A DNA stretch of 6,737 nt from a virus (taxonomy: Duplodnaviria > Heunggongvirae > Uroviricota > Caudoviricetes), in the IMG/VR virus record IMGVR_UViG_2711768015_000009; one strand, given 5' to 3'. The notes under the pieces are model-generated. The model was given only the letters and a program-made list of their open reading frames with translations, was not told the DNA's origin and made no database searches. The position numbers were made by a program, and so were the translations under genes. Below are positions 6,162-6,737 of the stretch, piece by piece (position 1 is the stretch's first letter; each line of letters starts with the position of its first letter).

Positions 6162-6188
6162 GGCTCGCTTTTGCGGGCCTTTTTTTTA
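6162..6188 (+). terminator. rho-independent terminator downstream of the tRNA
   Basis: Hairpin GGCTCGC-TTTT-GCGGGCC (one G-U pair) followed by eight T (6180-6187). Confidence 0.65.
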
Positions 6189-6591
6189 AATGTCTCACAA
6201 TTCAGACGGTTGACAGTTGTCTGTTTTGCGGGGAGTTTGTTAAAAGAAACTGGCATGGTGAATCCCCCTGTGCGGAGGGGCAATCAGCGAGTAGGTATAT
6301 GGGATAATCGCGGATTCAGGTGCTGGTACTGAATTCACCGGGAGGCACCCGGCATCATGCAATGGCACATAGCGCCACTCTCCAGCCCTCTCCGGAGGGG
6401 CTTTTCTGTGCCGGATACATCACAGTTTCTGGAACCTTAGGTACTACAGTATCAGTCAGGGTGCTATATTTTCAGATGTGATGAAAGCCTGTCAGCAGGC
6501 AGGGCGTATCGGAAATGACCCAGTAGAGAAAACGTTGACTCAGATACCGGTGCTGAGTTACCGGGAAACCGGCATCACATGACCGCTATCC

Positions 6592-6737
6592 TGAGGTGTA
6601 CTGGCAATAGCGGACACTACCATTTGTTCTTTTTTTAAGCAGCCATCTGATGATATTTTTCCCTGAAGGCTGCCGGGGAGATATTCCCCAGACGAGAGTG
6701 ACGACGCTGACGATTGTAGAAAATCTCAATGTATTCC
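6592..6737 (-). mobile_element. second copy of the same IS3-family terminus, inverted
   Basis: Exact reverse complement of 1-146. The IS body lies beyond the window edge. Confidence 0.75.
6635..6736 (-). CDS. IS3-family transposase C-terminal fragment (minus strand)
   Basis: Mirror image of 2-103, with identical translation. Confidence 0.75.
   Translation of the reverse strand, partial: EYIEIFYNRQRRHSRLGNISPAAFREKYHQMAA

Noticed and set aside
5552-6332. ORFs running through the N-run (5552-6283 -, 5757-6140 -, and the 537-aa extension of the methyltransferase to 6332)
   Set aside because: These are artefacts of translating N as X. The real methyltransferase stop lies within the gap, and the tail after the gap (...MVNPPVRRGNQRVGIWDNRGFRCWY) crosses a tRNA and terminator.
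1-6737. CRISPR array or other tandem-repeat locus
   Set aside because: No regularly spaced direct repeats were seen. The only repeats are the inverted IS ends and short palindromes in the methyltransferase leader.

Overview
This window reads as a roughly 6.4-kb piece of an enterobacterial (E. coli/Shigella-like) lambdoid prophage, bracketed by two identical 146-bp termini of an IS3-family insertion sequence in inverted orientation (1-146 and 6592-6737). All calls are from reading the sequence and the supplied ORF track; no database search was run. Between the IS ends, on the + strand, lie: an IS-truncated gene fragment; a tightly coupled trio of small ORFs (55 aa, a 114-aa paralogue, and a 27-aa hydrophobic peptide); a hok/mok/sok-type type I toxin-antitoxin locus; an apparently frameshift-disrupted ORF; a DUF968-like protein; the RusA Holliday-junction resolvase; and a zinc-finger Q antiterminator. 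Downstream of Q is a lambda PR'-like late promoter with a qut-like element and a tR'-like terminator, followed by cargo in the late-operon leader: a small PapI/FaeA-like winged-helix ORF, a highly structured leader, a beta-class DNA methyltransferase, a 325-nt N-run and the 3' part of a tRNA-Arg(UCU). The N-run hides the methyltransferase 3' end and probably further tRNA genes. The most interesting candidates are the PapI-like/methyltransferase pairing in the Q-dependent late leader and the unannotated paralogous small-protein operon next to hok/sok.
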